A stretch of DNA of 64,000 nucleotides from Prevotella sp. (GCA_017965725.1 JAGCPK010000112.1:5673-69672), one strand, 5' to 3'. Positions 9,378 to 20,945 are shown, numbered from the stretch's first letter. Notes: generated by a model not told the origin, from the sequence alone. Numbers and translations: made by a program.

Positions 9378-11921
9378 GTGACCAGTCAATTTTCACCTAA
9401 GGTATCAGAAGTACTTGCCTACTCCCGAGAGGAGGCTGCAAGGTTGGCCAGTCGTTGGGTAGGTCCGGAGCATCTGCTTCTGGGCTTGCTGAGGATGAAG
9501 GAAGGTCCTGTCATCGACATCTTCCAACGTCTGAATTTGAATTTACAAAATGTCAAGACGGAACTCGAGAATCGCGTGAGGGAAGACGAGATAGGAAAGC
9601 CCATATATACCACCGAACTGGTGCTCAATGAAAAGGCGAACAACATCCTGAAACTCGCTGTTCTTGAGGCACGTATCCAGAGATCAAAGAAGGTAGAAGA
9701 GCAGCATCTGTTGCTCGCCATTCTACATGATGCCGTGAACAACGGTGCAAAACAAGTATTAGAATTGAACAGTATGAATTATGAAGACGCATTGACGATG
9801 CTACACGCCCCACAAGCGAATAACATCACCAACGGTATAGGTTTGCCCGACGAGGATGAAGAGGAATACGAAGAGACCTCATCATCTGCTAATGCTGGCA
9901 AATCAGGAGCATCAGCCTCCTCTACCACTACGCAGACGCAGAAGCCTGCTTCGAAGACACCTGTGCTCGACACTTTCGGTACAGACCTGACTCAGGCAGC
10001 CCTCGACGGGAAACTCGACCCCTGCGTAGGTCGTGAGAAGGAGATACAGCGTGTCGTCGAGATCCTCGGACGACGCAAAAAGAACAACCCCATCCTGATT
10101 GGTGAGCCTGGTGTGGGCAAGAGTGCCATCGTGGAAGGACTTGCCCAGCAGATTGCCAACCACCGTACCTCGCCCATGCTTTTTGGCAAACGCATCTACA
10201 CCCTCGACATGACGGGAGTGGTAGCAGGCACGAAGTATCGCGGACAGTTTGAGGAACGTCTGAAAGCCTTGATGAAAGAGATAGAGCAGAACCCCGATGT
10301 CATCGTGTTCATCGACGAGATACACACCATCATTGGCGCTGGCTCTACACCAGGAAGCATGGATGCTGCCAACATCATGAAACCCGCCCTGGCACGAGGC
10401 ACCATGCAGTGTATTGGCGCCACCACACTCGACGAATACCGCAACTCCGTAGAAAAAGACGGAGCCTTGGAGCGTCGTTTCCAGAAGGTGCAGGTGGCAC
10501 CGACCACCCAGGAAGAGACACTGCAGATTCTCCGTAACATCAAGGACCGTTACGAGAACCATCACCATGTGACCTATACGGACGAGGCCCTCGTGGCGTG
10601 TGTCAAATTGACAGACCGCTACGTGACAGATCGTTTCATGCCTGATAAGGCCATCGACGCATTGGATGAGACAGGTTCTCGCGTACATTATTCTAATGCA
10701 CAGATACCGCCCGAGATTATTGAGACAGAAAAGCAGATTGCCCTCATCAAGGAGCGCAAGAACGCTGCCGTGAAGAACCAGGACTTTGAACTGGCTGCCG
10801 GCTACCGGGATCGTCAGACCATTCTTGAAGCCGACCTGAAGGCCCTCAATAAGAAATGGCAGGAAGGTGAGACAGATGATCGTCAGGTGGTGACAGAAGA
10901 ACAGGTGGCAGAAGTGGTGTCGATGATGACAGGCGTACCCGTACAGCGTATGGCAGAACAGGAGGGTATCCGTCTGAAGGGGATGATGGAGGAACTGAAA
11001 GGCTCCGTCATCGGTCAGGACAAGGCTATTGAGAAGATGGTGCGCGCCATCCAGCGCAATCGTGTGGGCCTGAAAGACCCGAACCATCCCATCGGTGTGT
11101 TTATGTTCCTCGGACCTACGGGTGTCGGAAAGACCTACCTCGCCAAGAAATTGGCAGAATTTATGTTTGGCAGCAGTGATGCTCTCATCCGTATCGACAT
11201 GAGCGAATATACGGAGAGTTTCAATACCTCGCGCCTCATCGGTGCACCTCCGGGATATGTCGGCTACGAGGAGGGCGGACAGTTGACAGAGCGCGTACGT
11301 CGCCATCCCTACTCCATCGTCTTGCTTGATGAGATAGAGAAGGCACATGCCAACGTGTACAATCTGCTGCTGCAGGTACTCGACGAGGGACGTCTGACAG
11401 ATGGTAACGGACGATTCGTGGATTTCCGCAACACCGTCATCATCATGACCTCTAACGCAGGTACGCGTCAACTGAAAGACTTTGGAAGGGGCGTTGGTTT
11501 CAGTGCCTCAGGCAGCACAGGTCTGATGCTCAACGAACAAGACAAGGAACATGCGCGTAACATCGTGCAGAAGGCACTCTCGAAGCAGTTCTCGCCTGAG
11601 TTCCTAAACCGCCTCGACGAGATCATCACCTTCGACCAACTCGATATGGAGGCTATCAAGCAGATCATCGACATTGAACTGAAGGAACTCTTCCAGCGTA
11701 TCGAACAGATTGGCTACCACATCGACCTCTCTGACGAGGCGAAGGAGTTTGTGGCTTCGAAGGGCTACGACGTGCAGTTTGGCGCCCGTCCGCTGAAGCG
11801 TGCGATACAGACGTATATTGAGGATGGCGTCAGCAACCTCATCGTCAATGGCAACCTCGAAGCGGGAGCCACCATCCATATCACAAAACCCACAGACAAA
11901 GAGGAGTTAGCGTTTGGCTAA
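9378..11921 (+). CDS. clpC: ATP-dependent Clp protease ATP-binding subunit ClpC
   Basis: Clp-N repeats; two AAA+ modules ([16 protein letters not shown]); UVR domain; VGF loop. Confidence 0.93.
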   Translation: MTSQFSPKVSEVLAYSREEAARLASRWVGPEHLLLGLLRMKEGPVIDIFQRLNLNLQNVKTELENRVREDEIGKPIYTTELVLNEKANNILKLAVLEARIQRSKKVEEQHLLLAILHDAVNNGAKQVLELNSMNYEDALTMLHAPQANNITNGIGLPDEDEEEYEETSSSANAGKSGASASSTTTQTQKPASKTPVLDTFGTDLTQAALDGKLDPCVGREKEIQRVVEILGRRKKNNPILIGEPGVGKSAIVEGLAQQIANHRTSPMLFGKRIYTLDMTGVVAGTKYRGQFEERLKALMKEIEQNPDVIVFIDEIHTIIGAGSTPGSMDAANIMKPALARGTMQCIGATTLDEYRNSVEKDGALERRFQKVQVAPTTQEETLQILRNIKDRYENHHHVTYTDEALVACVKLTDRYVTDRFMPDKAIDALDETGSRVHYSNAQIPPEIIETEKQIALIKERKNAAVKNQDFELAAGYRDRQTILEADLKALNKKWQEGETDDRQVVTEEQVAEVVSMMTGVPVQRMAEQEGIRLKGMMEELKGSVIGQDKAIEKMVRAIQRNRVGLKDPNHPIGVFMFLGPTGVGKTYLAKKLAEFMFGSSDALIRIDMSEYTESFNTSRLIGAPPGYVGYEEGGQLTERVRRHPYSIVLLDEIEKAHANVYNLLLQVLDEGRLTDGNGRFVDFRNTVIIMTSNAGTRQLKDFGRGVGFSASGSTGLMLNEQDKEHARNIVQKALSKQFSPEFLNRLDEIITFDQLDMEAIKQIIDIELKELFQRIEQIGYHIDLSDEAKEFVASKGYDVQFGARPLKRAIQTYIEDGVSNLIVNGNLEAGATIHITKPTDKEELAFG

Positions 11922-11932
11922 CTCCTTCTTTA

Positions 11933-13843
11933 TTACAGCGACTCACACTCTTTCACCCACAAAGCATAACTGGCATCACTGGGCATGCGCCAGTCGCCAC
12001 GAGGCGAGAGGCTCACTGTACCCACCTTCGGACCATCGGGCAGACAACTGCGTTTGAACTGTTGTGTAAAGAACCGACGACAGAAGGTGGTGAGCCACTT
12101 CTTGATGGTGGCATCATCATAAGTCTTGTCAAAGGCTTTCTGCGCCATGATATAAATCTTCTTCGGGCTGAAACCGTAGCGAAGGAAATAGTATATGAAG
12201 AAGTCATGCAACTCGTAGGGACCTACAAGATCTTCTGTCTTCTGTTTGATATGTCCCTTCTCGTCTGCAGGAATCAGTTCTGGTGATATCGGCGTGTCGA
12301 TGATGTCGAGCAACGTGTCTGTCGCCATCTCCCCAGCCACATAACTTACAAGATAACGAATCAACGTCTTCGGCACACCTGCATTCACACCGTACATCGA
12401 CATGTGGTCGCCATTATAGGTGGCCCATCCGAGGGCCAATTCCGAGAGATCACCCGTACCCACCACAAGACCATTCACCTGATTTGCTATATCCATCAGA
12501 ATCTGCGTACGTTCACGAGCCTGACTGTTCTCATAGGTGATGTCGTGCTGCTTGATATCGTGGCCAATATCCTCGAAATGCTGGGTGACAGCCTTGGCGA
12601 TATTAATCTCGCGGATGGTGATACCCAGTGTCTGCATCAGTTTCATGGCATTCTGATAGGTGCGATCTGTCGTTCCGAAGCCTGGCATGGTGATGCCTAT
12701 GATACCCTTACGATCCAATCCCAATTTATTGAACGCCTTCACCGTGACGAGCAGAGCCAACGTCGAGTCGAGTCCTCCACTGATACCGATGACAGCCTTC
12801 TGTGCATTGATATGATAGAGTCGTTTGGCAAGTCCCAACACCTGTATATTGAGAATCTCCTCGCATGCCGTCTGCATATCTGCCTCCTTAGGAATAAAGG
12901 GATGTGGGTCAATATCTCGGATCAATTCAAAGTCTCGCGGAGAGACGGCTTTGGCTGCAACTCGCAGACAATGGGTACCCCGCTGGGCATTGATGAAGGT
13001 GGTGTTCTGACGACGTTCCGTACGCAACCGTTCAACGTCTATCTGTGATATCTTTATCTGGGGCTGTAAACCGAAGCGCTCACCCTCTGCCAACAACTTA
13101 CCGTTCTCGAAGATCATGGCATTGCCACCATACACCACATCCTGCGTGGATTCTCCGAAGCCACTGCCTGCATAGACATAGCCGCTGATGGTGCGGGCAC
13201 TCTGCTGCGCCAGCAGTGAACACAGATAACGGTGCTTGCCTATTAACTCGTCAGAAGCCGAGAGGTTCAGGATGATGTCGGCACCTGCAAGTGCCAGGTT
13301 GTTGCTCGGAGGAATAGGCGCCCACACGTCCTCGCAGATTTCCATGCCAAACTTCACACCGTCGCCCGTGGAGAAGACGACTGGCTCTGCACTCACATGC
13401 ACAGGACAACCTGCCAGATAGATATCCGTAGGATTCAGGTCCTGAGCAGAGGCAAACCAGCGTTTCTCATAGAACTCGCCATAGTTGGGCAGATAGGTCT
13501 TCGGAACGACACCCAGCACGGTACCTCTTTGGATGATGACGGCACAGTTGTAAAGCAGGGCATTGATACAGACAGGTGCTCCCACAATCAGGATAGCATC
13601 GAGTTTGCGGGTGAAGTCAAGCAACTGTACGATACCCTCCTCCACCTTGTCGAGCAACAGTTGTTCACGGAAGAGATCCTGACAGGTGTAGCCCGTCAGA
13701 CAGAGTTCTGGTGTCACCATGATCTCCACGCCCTTGCCTTCGGCCTGAGCCAGCAGACTCTCTATCTGCTGCACATTGTAATCGACGTCAGCCACCTTGA
13801 TGGCGGGTACAGCGGCTGCCACTTTCACAAATCCGTACTTCAT
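11933..13843 (-). CDS. nadE: Glutamine-dependent NAD+ synthetase
   Basis: Nitrilase-like domain (EICED) plus SGGLDS synthetase domain. Confidence 0.95.
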   Translation of the reverse strand: MKYGFVKVAAAVPAIKVADVDYNVQQIESLLAQAEGKGVEIMVTPELCLTGYTCQDLFREQLLLDKVEEGIVQLLDFTRKLDAILIVGAPVCINALLYNCAVIIQRGTVLGVVPKTYLPNYGEFYEKRWFASAQDLNPTDIYLAGCPVHVSAEPVVFSTGDGVKFGMEICEDVWAPIPPSNNLALAGADIILNLSASDELIGKHRYLCSLLAQQSARTISGYVYAGSGFGESTQDVVYGGNAMIFENGKLLAEGERFGLQPQIKISQIDVERLRTERRQNTTFINAQRGTHCLRVAAKAVSPRDFELIRDIDPHPFIPKEADMQTACEEILNIQVLGLAKRLYHINAQKAVIGISGGLDSTLALLVTVKAFNKLGLDRKGIIGITMPGFGTTDRTYQNAMKLMQTLGITIREINIAKAVTQHFEDIGHDIKQHDITYENSQARERTQILMDIANQVNGLVVGTGDLSELALGWATYNGDHMSMYGVNAGVPKTLIRYLVSYVAGEMATDTLLDIIDTPISPELIPADEKGHIKQKTEDLVGPYELHDFFIYYFLRYGFSPKKIYIMAQKAFDKTYDDATIKKWLTTFCRRFFTQQFKRSCLPDGPKVGTVSLSPRGDWRMPSDASYALWVKECESL

Positions 13844-13847
13844 AATC

Positions 13848-15023
13848 TTATCTGTTTTTGTTGTGAATAAACCAATGATGTGTATATTGATAGAGCAAAA
13901 GGGCTATGGCAGATAGCACTAGTGCCACGATGAGAACGGTCTGCGGATCACCTTGACAGACAGCATATCCCAGACCTATACCAAAAGCCAAACCACTCTC
14001 CCATCCGAGCATATACGTTGATTGCGACGTGCCACGCTGACAATGACGGCTCAGTTTGATAAAGAACAACAGGAAGCGTGCCCCGATAATGCCAAGGGCA
14101 AAGCCTATGAACAACGGAGCCACATATCCCACTATGGTCTGACTACGGGTAAGCATCAGTATCAGGGCGGTCAGCATCAGCACGAGTCCTGAGATGACCT
14201 CGCTCTTCAGTTCCGCCTCACGGAACACAAAGCGCTGTGCCAGGATGGCTGACAGGAAACCCACCATCATCATCGAATAGAATTGTATGTCGAGTTTTAG
14301 TGACAGCACCAGTCCTGCTGCCAACGTAATGAGTAACAGGTTGACGAAGAGGATAAAGCCGTGAGGCAGGAAGAACCTGTCAAGGCTCAGATGATGCACA
14401 TGATCATCGGGAGCCCTGAATGGGAAATGCACGAGCAGGATGAGAATCACCGCCAACAGGTCGCATCCCATCGCTACCAACAGCACTGTCTGCCATCCGA
14501 AAAGCGGATACACCAACAACCCCGTGAGCGGTCCGAGGGAAAGTGAGAATCTTGCAAACCACGAAGCAGCATGATTTGCCTCCGTACGCTGGTACGACTC
14601 GCTGGTGTCAATGATGAGCGTACTCGCCAGCACCATCTGCGCCAATCCAAAGGCGGCACCGAATACGATGCGTTGTGCCAACATCAGCCCATAGTTACAT
14701 TGTTCGCCATGAAGCCAACCCTGATAATAAACCAACCCGAGACAACATATCATTCCTATGATGGCCCATACGCACACCATATTTCGACGGTACTGTTGTA
14801 CGAGATATGAGGTGAAGGCCCCCATCAAAAAGAGTCCTGCACCGAAAGCCCCCATCACACATCCCGTCTCTAAAAGACCTATATGCTGAGTCTCCATCAG
14901 CCATAGTGGCAGTGTGGGGATGAGCATATAAACCGACATCGTCAGCAGCATATTGGCTATCGCCATGCGCCAGAAGTCATGGTGCCAGAGTCTGATATGT
15001 ACGGGTGTATTCTGTGAGTTCAT
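13848..15023 (-). CDS. MFS transporter
   Basis: About 12 hydrophobic segments. Confidence 0.85.
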   Translation of the reverse strand: MNSQNTPVHIRLWHHDFWRMAIANMLLTMSVYMLIPTLPLWLMETQHIGLLETGCVMGAFGAGLFLMGAFTSYLVQQYRRNMVCVWAIIGMICCLGLVYYQGWLHGEQCNYGLMLAQRIVFGAAFGLAQMVLASTLIIDTSESYQRTEANHAASWFARFSLSLGPLTGLLVYPLFGWQTVLLVAMGCDLLAVILILLVHFPFRAPDDHVHHLSLDRFFLPHGFILFVNLLLITLAAGLVLSLKLDIQFYSMMMVGFLSAILAQRFVFREAELKSEVISGLVLMLTALILMLTRSQTIVGYVAPLFIGFALGIIGARFLLFFIKLSRHCQRGTSQSTYMLGWESGLAFGIGLGYAVCQGDPQTVLIVALVLSAIALLLYQYTHHWFIHNKNR

Positions 15024-15682
15024 AACAGTTTACTTATCGTCTCGAAGTTGATACCACGATAGTCAGCAATCTGAATGTCCGACAGCGGACGTATCGCTTC
15101 CTCAGGGTTTGTCGTAGAGAGTCCCACCACCTTCATCTGTGCAGCGCGTCCCGCCTTCAAACCATTAAAACTATCCTCAAAGACAATGCACTCAGAAGGC
15201 TGAGATTCAAGACGTTGCGCTGCTCTGAGATAACAGTCAGGATCAGGCTTGCTGGCAGCGAAGTCCTCTGAGGTGAGAATAGCGTCGAAGAGTGACTTGA
15301 ACCCTGGCTGGTGGCGATAGACACTTTCCATCTTCGGTACATTACTGCTAGTGACAACAGCCGTACGCACCCCGTGCTGCCTCAGGTCGGCTATCAGCGT
15401 CTCAAATCCTTCTATATAGTCGTAATGCATCTGTCGCTCATAGTCGTACAGACGAGCAGTAATCACAGGCTGTTCCTTCTTCAGGGGTCCACTGAACCAC
15501 TGATCGTATATCTCCGTGAGTGTCTGACCCTTGATCTCATGCTCTAGGCCTGGATGCTCGGGATGATAAAGACGGCACTGGCTACCCCAGAACACAGAGT
15601 ACTGTGGCTCAGTGTCGAAAACCACTCCGTCAAGATCGAAAAGGGCTGCTTTCAGTCTGTTTTCTTTCATCGTGACACACAT
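15020..15682 (-). CDS. HAD-family phosphatase (beta-PGM-like)
   Basis: FDLDGVVFDT, KPDP, FEDS. Confidence 0.9.
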   Translation of the reverse strand: MCVTMKENRLKAALFDLDGVVFDTEPQYSVFWGSQCRLYHPEHPGLEHEIKGQTLTEIYDQWFSGPLKKEQPVITARLYDYERQMHYDYIEGFETLIADLRQHGVRTAVVTSSNVPKMESVYRHQPGFKSLFDAILTSEDFAASKPDPDCYLRAAQRLESQPSECIVFEDSFNGLKAGRAAQMKVVGLSTTNPEEAIRPLSDIQIADYRGINFETISKLL

Positions 15683-15781
15683 TTTGGGTGCAAAATTACA
15701 AATTTTTCGTGATTTACTTGTCTATTTCATGATTTAAGTGTATTTTTGCATGAATTTTTACCCCAAACACATTAATTAGGT

Positions 15782-16573
15782 ATGAAGAAAACGACATTCT
15801 CCGCACTTCTGTTGTGCTTGGCTGTCTCGTGTGCCACTGAGACGGAAGACACCATATTCTTTGATTCTGCCATTTCAGACAAAGAAGTGAAGTTGTCCAA
15901 CGACGAGGGGTCCCCCATCTGTGCCGTCCATCTGCAACTGGAGTATGCCACCGACGAGAACGGACACAAGGCTGAAGTGGTCAACAAATATATCATACAG
16001 AAACTGCTCGACATGAAGGATGTCACTGTGCAAGAGGCAGCCGACTCGTTTGCCAACAGTTATACCAGGACATATGTGCGCAACTTCCTGCCCCTCTACA
16101 ACCAAGACCGTGCCGACACCACTAAACGTTCTTGGTATGAGTACCACTACGTTATCACCAGCCAGACACAGAACAACGACATCGGCACCACTGCCTATAT
16201 TGCCACTATTGACTATTTTGAGGGTGGCGCTCATGGCGTCAACCAACGCATGACGATGAACTTCGAGAACAAGACTGGTCGTCTGCTGGAACTCGTCGAT
16301 GTTTTCGTGCCAGGTTTTGAAAGTCGGCTCAACCCCATTCTCGAAGAGGCCCTCTGCGAGAAAATTGGTGTCCCAGACATCAGCGAACTCCGTGAAGAAG
16401 GTTATCTCCCCTCGATGGAAATATACCCTTCGAAGAATTTCATTCTCAACGACGAGACCATCACCTTCATCTACAATCCCCATGAAATTGCCACTTTCGA
16501 CAAAGGCGAGATCGAGTTGGTTATTCCCTTCAGTTCACTTAGCGACATTCTCAGATTAGATTTTAATCAATGA
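15782..16573 (+). CDS. Lipoprotein, DUF3298/DUF4163 (RsiV/PdaC-like)
   Basis: Lipobox AVSC; YFEGGAHG; FIYNPHEIA. Confidence 0.85.
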   Translation: MKKTTFSALLLCLAVSCATETEDTIFFDSAISDKEVKLSNDEGSPICAVHLQLEYATDENGHKAEVVNKYIIQKLLDMKDVTVQEAADSFANSYTRTYVRNFLPLYNQDRADTTKRSWYEYHYVITSQTQNNDIGTTAYIATIDYFEGGAHGVNQRMTMNFENKTGRLLELVDVFVPGFESRLNPILEEALCEKIGVPDISELREEGYLPSMEIYPSKNFILNDETITFIYNPHEIATFDKGEIELVIPFSSLSDILRLDFNQ

Positions 16574-17193
16574 TAGAACTCCTTACCCGATATTTCCCCG
16601 AACTCACAGAAAAGCAACAGCAGCAACTGGAGGCTCTCGACACCCTTTACCGTGATTGGAACACGAAAATCAATGTTATCTCACGTAAGGATATTGACAA
16701 TCTCTACGAACACCACGTGCTCCACTCGCTGGCCATCGCCAAGGCCCTCTGTTTCCGTCCTGGCACCCATGTGCTCGACTTCGGTACGGGTGGCGGTTTC
16801 CCAGGCATCCCCCTTGCCATTCTCTTTCCCGACGTTGAGTTTAAACTCATCGATGGTACGGGTAAGAAGATCCGTGTGGCTCAAGAGGTAAGCAACGCCA
16901 TCGGACTCACCAACTGCCATCCCGAACAACTGCGTGGTGAGGATGAGAAAGGGAAGTTTGACTTCGTGGTGAGCCGTGCTGTAATGCCATTGCCCGATCT
17001 CGTAAAGATTGTCCGCAAGAATATTGCCAAGCCCCAGCGAAATGCCCTCCCCAACGGTATCCTCTGTCTCAAGGGTGGCGACGTGCAGGCCGAAACCTAC
17101 CCCTTCCGCAAGGTTGTTCAGACCACCGACATCAACACATTCTTCTCAGAGCCTTGGTTCAAGGAGAAACACATTATATACCTACCCCTATGA
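16570..17193 (+). CDS. rsmG: 16S rRNA m7G527 methyltransferase
   Basis: HHVLHSL, LDFGTGGGFPGIPL, VSRAV, LKG. Confidence 0.95.
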   Translation: MIELLTRYFPELTEKQQQQLEALDTLYRDWNTKINVISRKDIDNLYEHHVLHSLAIAKALCFRPGTHVLDFGTGGGFPGIPLAILFPDVEFKLIDGTGKKIRVAQEVSNAIGLTNCHPEQLRGEDEKGKFDFVVSRAVMPLPDLVKIVRKNIAKPQRNALPNGILCLKGGDVQAETYPFRKVVQTTDINTFFSEPWFKEKHIIYLPL

Positions 17194-17834
17194 TCACCAT
17201 TAAAAACTTCACATGTAATATGCTGGCCGAAAACTGCTATGTGGTCAGCGATGAAACGAAAGAATGTGTTATCATCGACTGTGGCGCTCTCTACGAAGAG
17301 GAAGGGGCAGCCATCACCAATTATATACAATCCTTTGGCCTCACGCCCAAGCACCTGCTCTGCACTCACGGACATTTTGACCATTGCTTGGGCAACGGCA
17401 TCATCTACAATACCTTCGGTCTGAAGCCCGAGGTACACTCCGACGATGAGTTTCTGATGGTGAAGATGCGTGAGCAGACCTATGATTTCGTAGGTGTCAA
17501 TCTACCAATAGAAGTGCCGTCTGTAGGCCGCTATCTCTCCGACAGCGACGTCATCACCTTCGGCAGCCATACCCTTAGCATCCTCCATACCCCTGGTCAC
17601 ACACCTGGTGGAGTCTGCTATTACTGTGAAACCGAAGGCGTCCTCTTCAGTGGTGACACCCTCTTCCGCATGAGCATCGGACGTACTGACTTTGAGCGTA
17701 GTTCCTACGAAGATATTGTTGACAGTCTATTCAACGTGCTGGCTCCGCTGCCTTCTGCCACAAAGGTCTATCCCGGTCATGGTCCTGCCACCACCATCGC
17801 CGACGAGGTACGTTACAATCCTTATTTCAGATAA
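17190..17834 (+). CDS. MBL-fold metallohydrolase (glyoxalase II-like)
   Basis: THGHFDH, TPGHTPG, SGDTLF, PGHG; ATG overlaps the rsmG stop. Confidence 0.92.
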   Translation: MITIKNFTCNMLAENCYVVSDETKECVIIDCGALYEEEGAAITNYIQSFGLTPKHLLCTHGHFDHCLGNGIIYNTFGLKPEVHSDDEFLMVKMREQTYDFVGVNLPIEVPSVGRYLSDSDVITFGSHTLSILHTPGHTPGGVCYYCETEGVLFSGDTLFRMSIGRTDFERSSYEDIVDSLFNVLAPLPSATKVYPGHGPATTIADEVRYNPYFR

Positions 17835-17853
17835 AAGCCAATCATTAATCATT

Positions 17854-19110
17854 ATGAGACTAAAAACCATCATAGCGTTATGCATGTTGTCTATGGCCGT
17901 ATGTGCACAAAAAGCCCCGAAAGGCAAGTTGCTTTCCTATTCCCACACCATCTCAAACCCAGAGATTCCCATCGACTATGAATTCATTCTGAGTTATGCT
18001 GATGGAAAGGGATTATTCCAAGAGAACAATAAAAAAATAGGATTTAATAAGCAATATAGTGTCGAGGTCGGTGAAGAGGTGTTGCAGCAGGTAACCGACA
18101 TCATCAAGGGAAGAAAACTCTACAAGTTCAAGAAGGAAGAGCCAGACCCTCACTCAATGCCTTTTGCTTACCCAGGTCGCGAGTATATCTCCATCCAGTT
18201 TGAGGACAATTCGTTCAGTTTCAACATCATGGAAATGTCTCTAAAACAGCAGCAGGCGTTCGAGGAACTTGAGAATGTTATCAAAGAGCGAAGTAGAGCC
18301 TCACTGTCTGCTGAAACGCTGTCAGGCTATAACCATACGACGGCTCTAATCTATCTTCCCCCCGAAATTCCTGACATGCGCATGTATCAGTTGGACTCCG
18401 ATAATGGTAAGACTACGCTGATGGTCAATCATCAGGGAGAGAAAAGACCCGTCGTAGATGTACCATTATATGTCGCTAAGCAGGTGTTCCAGTATTTCAA
18501 CGACGGTCATCTCTACGAGCCAGACAACATCTTCCTATCCACACCCCTCCAATCCCCTTACAGATTAAAAGAGTCTGACGAGACCGTCACTTTCCAATTC
18601 ACGAATGGCAAAATAACAGTCAACAACAAAATGTCGAACAAGCATTGTAATATCCTCGACTCCCTCAACACTTACCTGGACTCGGTCTATGATGCAGCAC
18701 CAGTAGCGTTTCCCCAAGGTAAGATGATCTATTGCAGTTGCGCATACACCAATTACGGGTTGCCTGTCGGCGAGATCCAACACAGTTACTACGAACTGAT
18801 AGCCGATGAGGGAACGGCTCCCAAGGTAATCTACTGCGAAAACAGGGGTGAGTCTCAGAAAACAGAATTCAGCGCCACAGAAAAGGACGTCACAGAACTC
18901 AGTAACATCCTCCGCGATATGAACATCTTCAAGATCGATGGTTACAGCGTCAGTGAGCAAATGACTGGTGGCACTTCATATCGCATCCACATGGAGTTCT
19001 CCAGCGGTGAGAAACTAACAGCCTCTTGGTTCACTCACAAACCCAGTGCCTTGGCTTCAGGAGCCTATAGCACCATCCTCAAACATTTGAAAAGGATCAC
19101 AGAACGCTAG
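17854..19110 (+). CDS. Exported hypothetical protein with about three diverged domains
   Basis: Signal peptide MRLKTIIALCMLSMAVCA; repeated PxGK and I.(F/M).F motifs. Confidence 0.75.
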   Translation: MRLKTIIALCMLSMAVCAQKAPKGKLLSYSHTISNPEIPIDYEFILSYADGKGLFQENNKKIGFNKQYSVEVGEEVLQQVTDIIKGRKLYKFKKEEPDPHSMPFAYPGREYISIQFEDNSFSFNIMEMSLKQQQAFEELENVIKERSRASLSAETLSGYNHTTALIYLPPEIPDMRMYQLDSDNGKTTLMVNHQGEKRPVVDVPLYVAKQVFQYFNDGHLYEPDNIFLSTPLQSPYRLKESDETVTFQFTNGKITVNNKMSNKHCNILDSLNTYLDSVYDAAPVAFPQGKMIYCSCAYTNYGLPVGEIQHSYYELIADEGTAPKVIYCENRGESQKTEFSATEKDVTELSNILRDMNIFKIDGYSVSEQMTGGTSYRIHMEFSSGEKLTASWFTHKPSALASGAYSTILKHLKRITER

Positions 19111-19180
19111 AACAAAAGAAGGACCATCTGAGCGTGACTTTTTTGTAGGTCAAGACATTGCAGAGTAACATACAGAAAAT

Positions 19181-19210
19181 GCAAATCCCCGCTGATGGCG
19201 GGGATTTGTG
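19181..19210. terminator. Terminator hairpin between convergent genes
   Basis: caaatccccgc/gcggggatttg stem. Confidence 0.75.
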
Positions 19211-19233
19211 CAAGGGTATAAAAATCAGAGGAA

Positions 19234-19647
19234 TCAGAACGGCAGGTCGTCAGCACTGCCCTCGCCCGAAACGGGTTCCTGAGAAGCAGGAAAGGGATCG
19301 GTGGCAGCACTTATCGGTGGGAAGGGAGAGGCCACAGGGGCACCTGGGGCAACAGGAGCACCCGGTACAGGCACCTGACCGCGCACGACATTGTAAGCAC
19401 GGATATCATTATACCAACGGCCATTATACTCACGGGCATCAATATCGAACTGGATGGTAATATCCTCGTTCATCTGAATATTAAACTGCTTGATACGGTC
19501 TTCGCCAAAGATATTAAAGACACAACGTTTGGGATACTGACCAGGAACTTCAATCACATATTCCTGTGTCATCCAAGGGTTACCGCTACGGGCCGAGACA
19601 CCACTGCGAGGCTCCATCACGGCAATAATTCTACCTGTTAATTCCAT
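19234..19647 (-). CDS. DUF3127 OB-fold (SSB-like) protein
   Basis: MELTGRII...WYNDIRAY; C-terminal DDLPF tail. Confidence 0.88.
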   Translation of the reverse strand: MELTGRIIAVMEPRSGVSARSGNPWMTQEYVIEVPGQYPKRCVFNIFGEDRIKQFNIQMNEDITIQFDIDAREYNGRWYNDIRAYNVVRGQVPVPGAPVAPGAPVASPFPPISAATDPFPASQEPVSGEGSADDLPF

Positions 19648-19810
19648 TGCTAAATTGTTTTTATATGTTGTTTTTACTCGTTTCAGGTGGCGAAATTACT
19701 AAAAATAGTTTGAATTCCATAATTTTCCTACGTTTTTTTTGTTCATAACAACGTTTTTTTGTAATTTTGTGCCAATAATAAATAAGGTAAACAAAAAAGA
19801 AAACATAACT

Positions 19811-20935
19811 ATGAGATTTACATTATCAAGCACAGCGCTGAGCAACAAACTCTCAGCCCTCTCGAAAGTGATTAACAGCAAAAACGCCCTGCCCATACTT
19901 GGCGATTTCGTATTTGACATCCAAGGTCAGACACTGGCTCTCACTGCATCGGACAGCGAGAACACAATGCGCACGAGCATTGAACTGACAGAAAGTGACA
20001 GCGACGGGCGCTTTGCCATCGGCAACCATGACCTGCTTGAGGCTGTGAAAGGATTCTCGGAGCAGCCTATCACCTTCGACGTGAACCAAGAGCAGAACAT
20101 TGTGAAAATCAGTTATCAAAACGGTCTTTTCTCGTTGCCAATCGAGAATGCCGACGAGTTCCCCACCCCACAGCCCGTCAGTGATACGGCCAACATCATC
20201 ACGCTGCCTAATGCCATCCTCGCAGAGAATATCAACCGCTCGATATTCGCCACAGCACAGGACGAACTGCGCCCTGTGATGAACGGCATCTACTTCGACC
20301 TCACTGCCGACTGCCTGAACGTGGTGGCCAGCGACGGACACAAACTGGTACGTAACAAAGTATTTACTATCAAGAACGACCAACCCGCTGCTTTCATCCT
20401 GCCGAAGAAACCCGCCAACCTGCTACGCAATCTGTTGGGGAAAGACGGCGGTGATGTGACTATCCGTTTCGACGAGCGCAATGCAGAGGTGAACTATGGC
20501 GACGGCACCATTCAGTGCCGACTGATTGAGGGTCGCTATCCCAACTACAACAGCGTGATTCCACAGAACAATCCCAACGAGATGCGTGTGGATCGTCTCG
20601 CACTGCTGGCAGCCTTGCGTCGTGTACAGCCTTTTGCCAACGACTCAAGTAACCTGATCCGCTTCCACGTCGAGGGAGCCACCCTGCAACTGGATGCCGA
20701 AGACTACGACTTCTCGAAGACGGCTACTGAGCGCATGGCCTGCGAATATAACGGACAGCCGATGAGTATCGGATTTAAGGGTTCTGCTTTCATCGAGATA
20801 CTTAGCAATTTCGATTGTCCTGAGGTGATCATCCAGTTGGCAGACCCCAGTCGTGCAGGTCTTGTACTACCCTCAGAACAGCCAGAGAATCAGGATGTGC
20901 TGATGCTGATGATGCCAATGTTGATCAATGATTAA
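19811..20935 (+). CDS. dnaN: DNA polymerase III beta clamp
   Basis: ASDGHKL, RLIEGRYPNY, LMMPM. Confidence 0.96.
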   Translation: MRFTLSSTALSNKLSALSKVINSKNALPILGDFVFDIQGQTLALTASDSENTMRTSIELTESDSDGRFAIGNHDLLEAVKGFSEQPITFDVNQEQNIVKISYQNGLFSLPIENADEFPTPQPVSDTANIITLPNAILAENINRSIFATAQDELRPVMNGIYFDLTADCLNVVASDGHKLVRNKVFTIKNDQPAAFILPKKPANLLRNLLGKDGGDVTIRFDERNAEVNYGDGTIQCRLIEGRYPNYNSVIPQNNPNEMRVDRLALLAALRRVQPFANDSSNLIRFHVEGATLQLDAEDYDFSKTATERMACEYNGQPMSIGFKGSAFIEILSNFDCPEVIIQLADPSRAGLVLPSEQPENQDVLMLMMPMLIND

Positions 20936-20945
20936 TTGATAATTA

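Noticed and set aside
19320-19380. 9-bp repeats in the DUF3127 gene (PGAPVAPGAPVA)
   Set aside because: Ordinary low-complexity linker before the DDLPF tail
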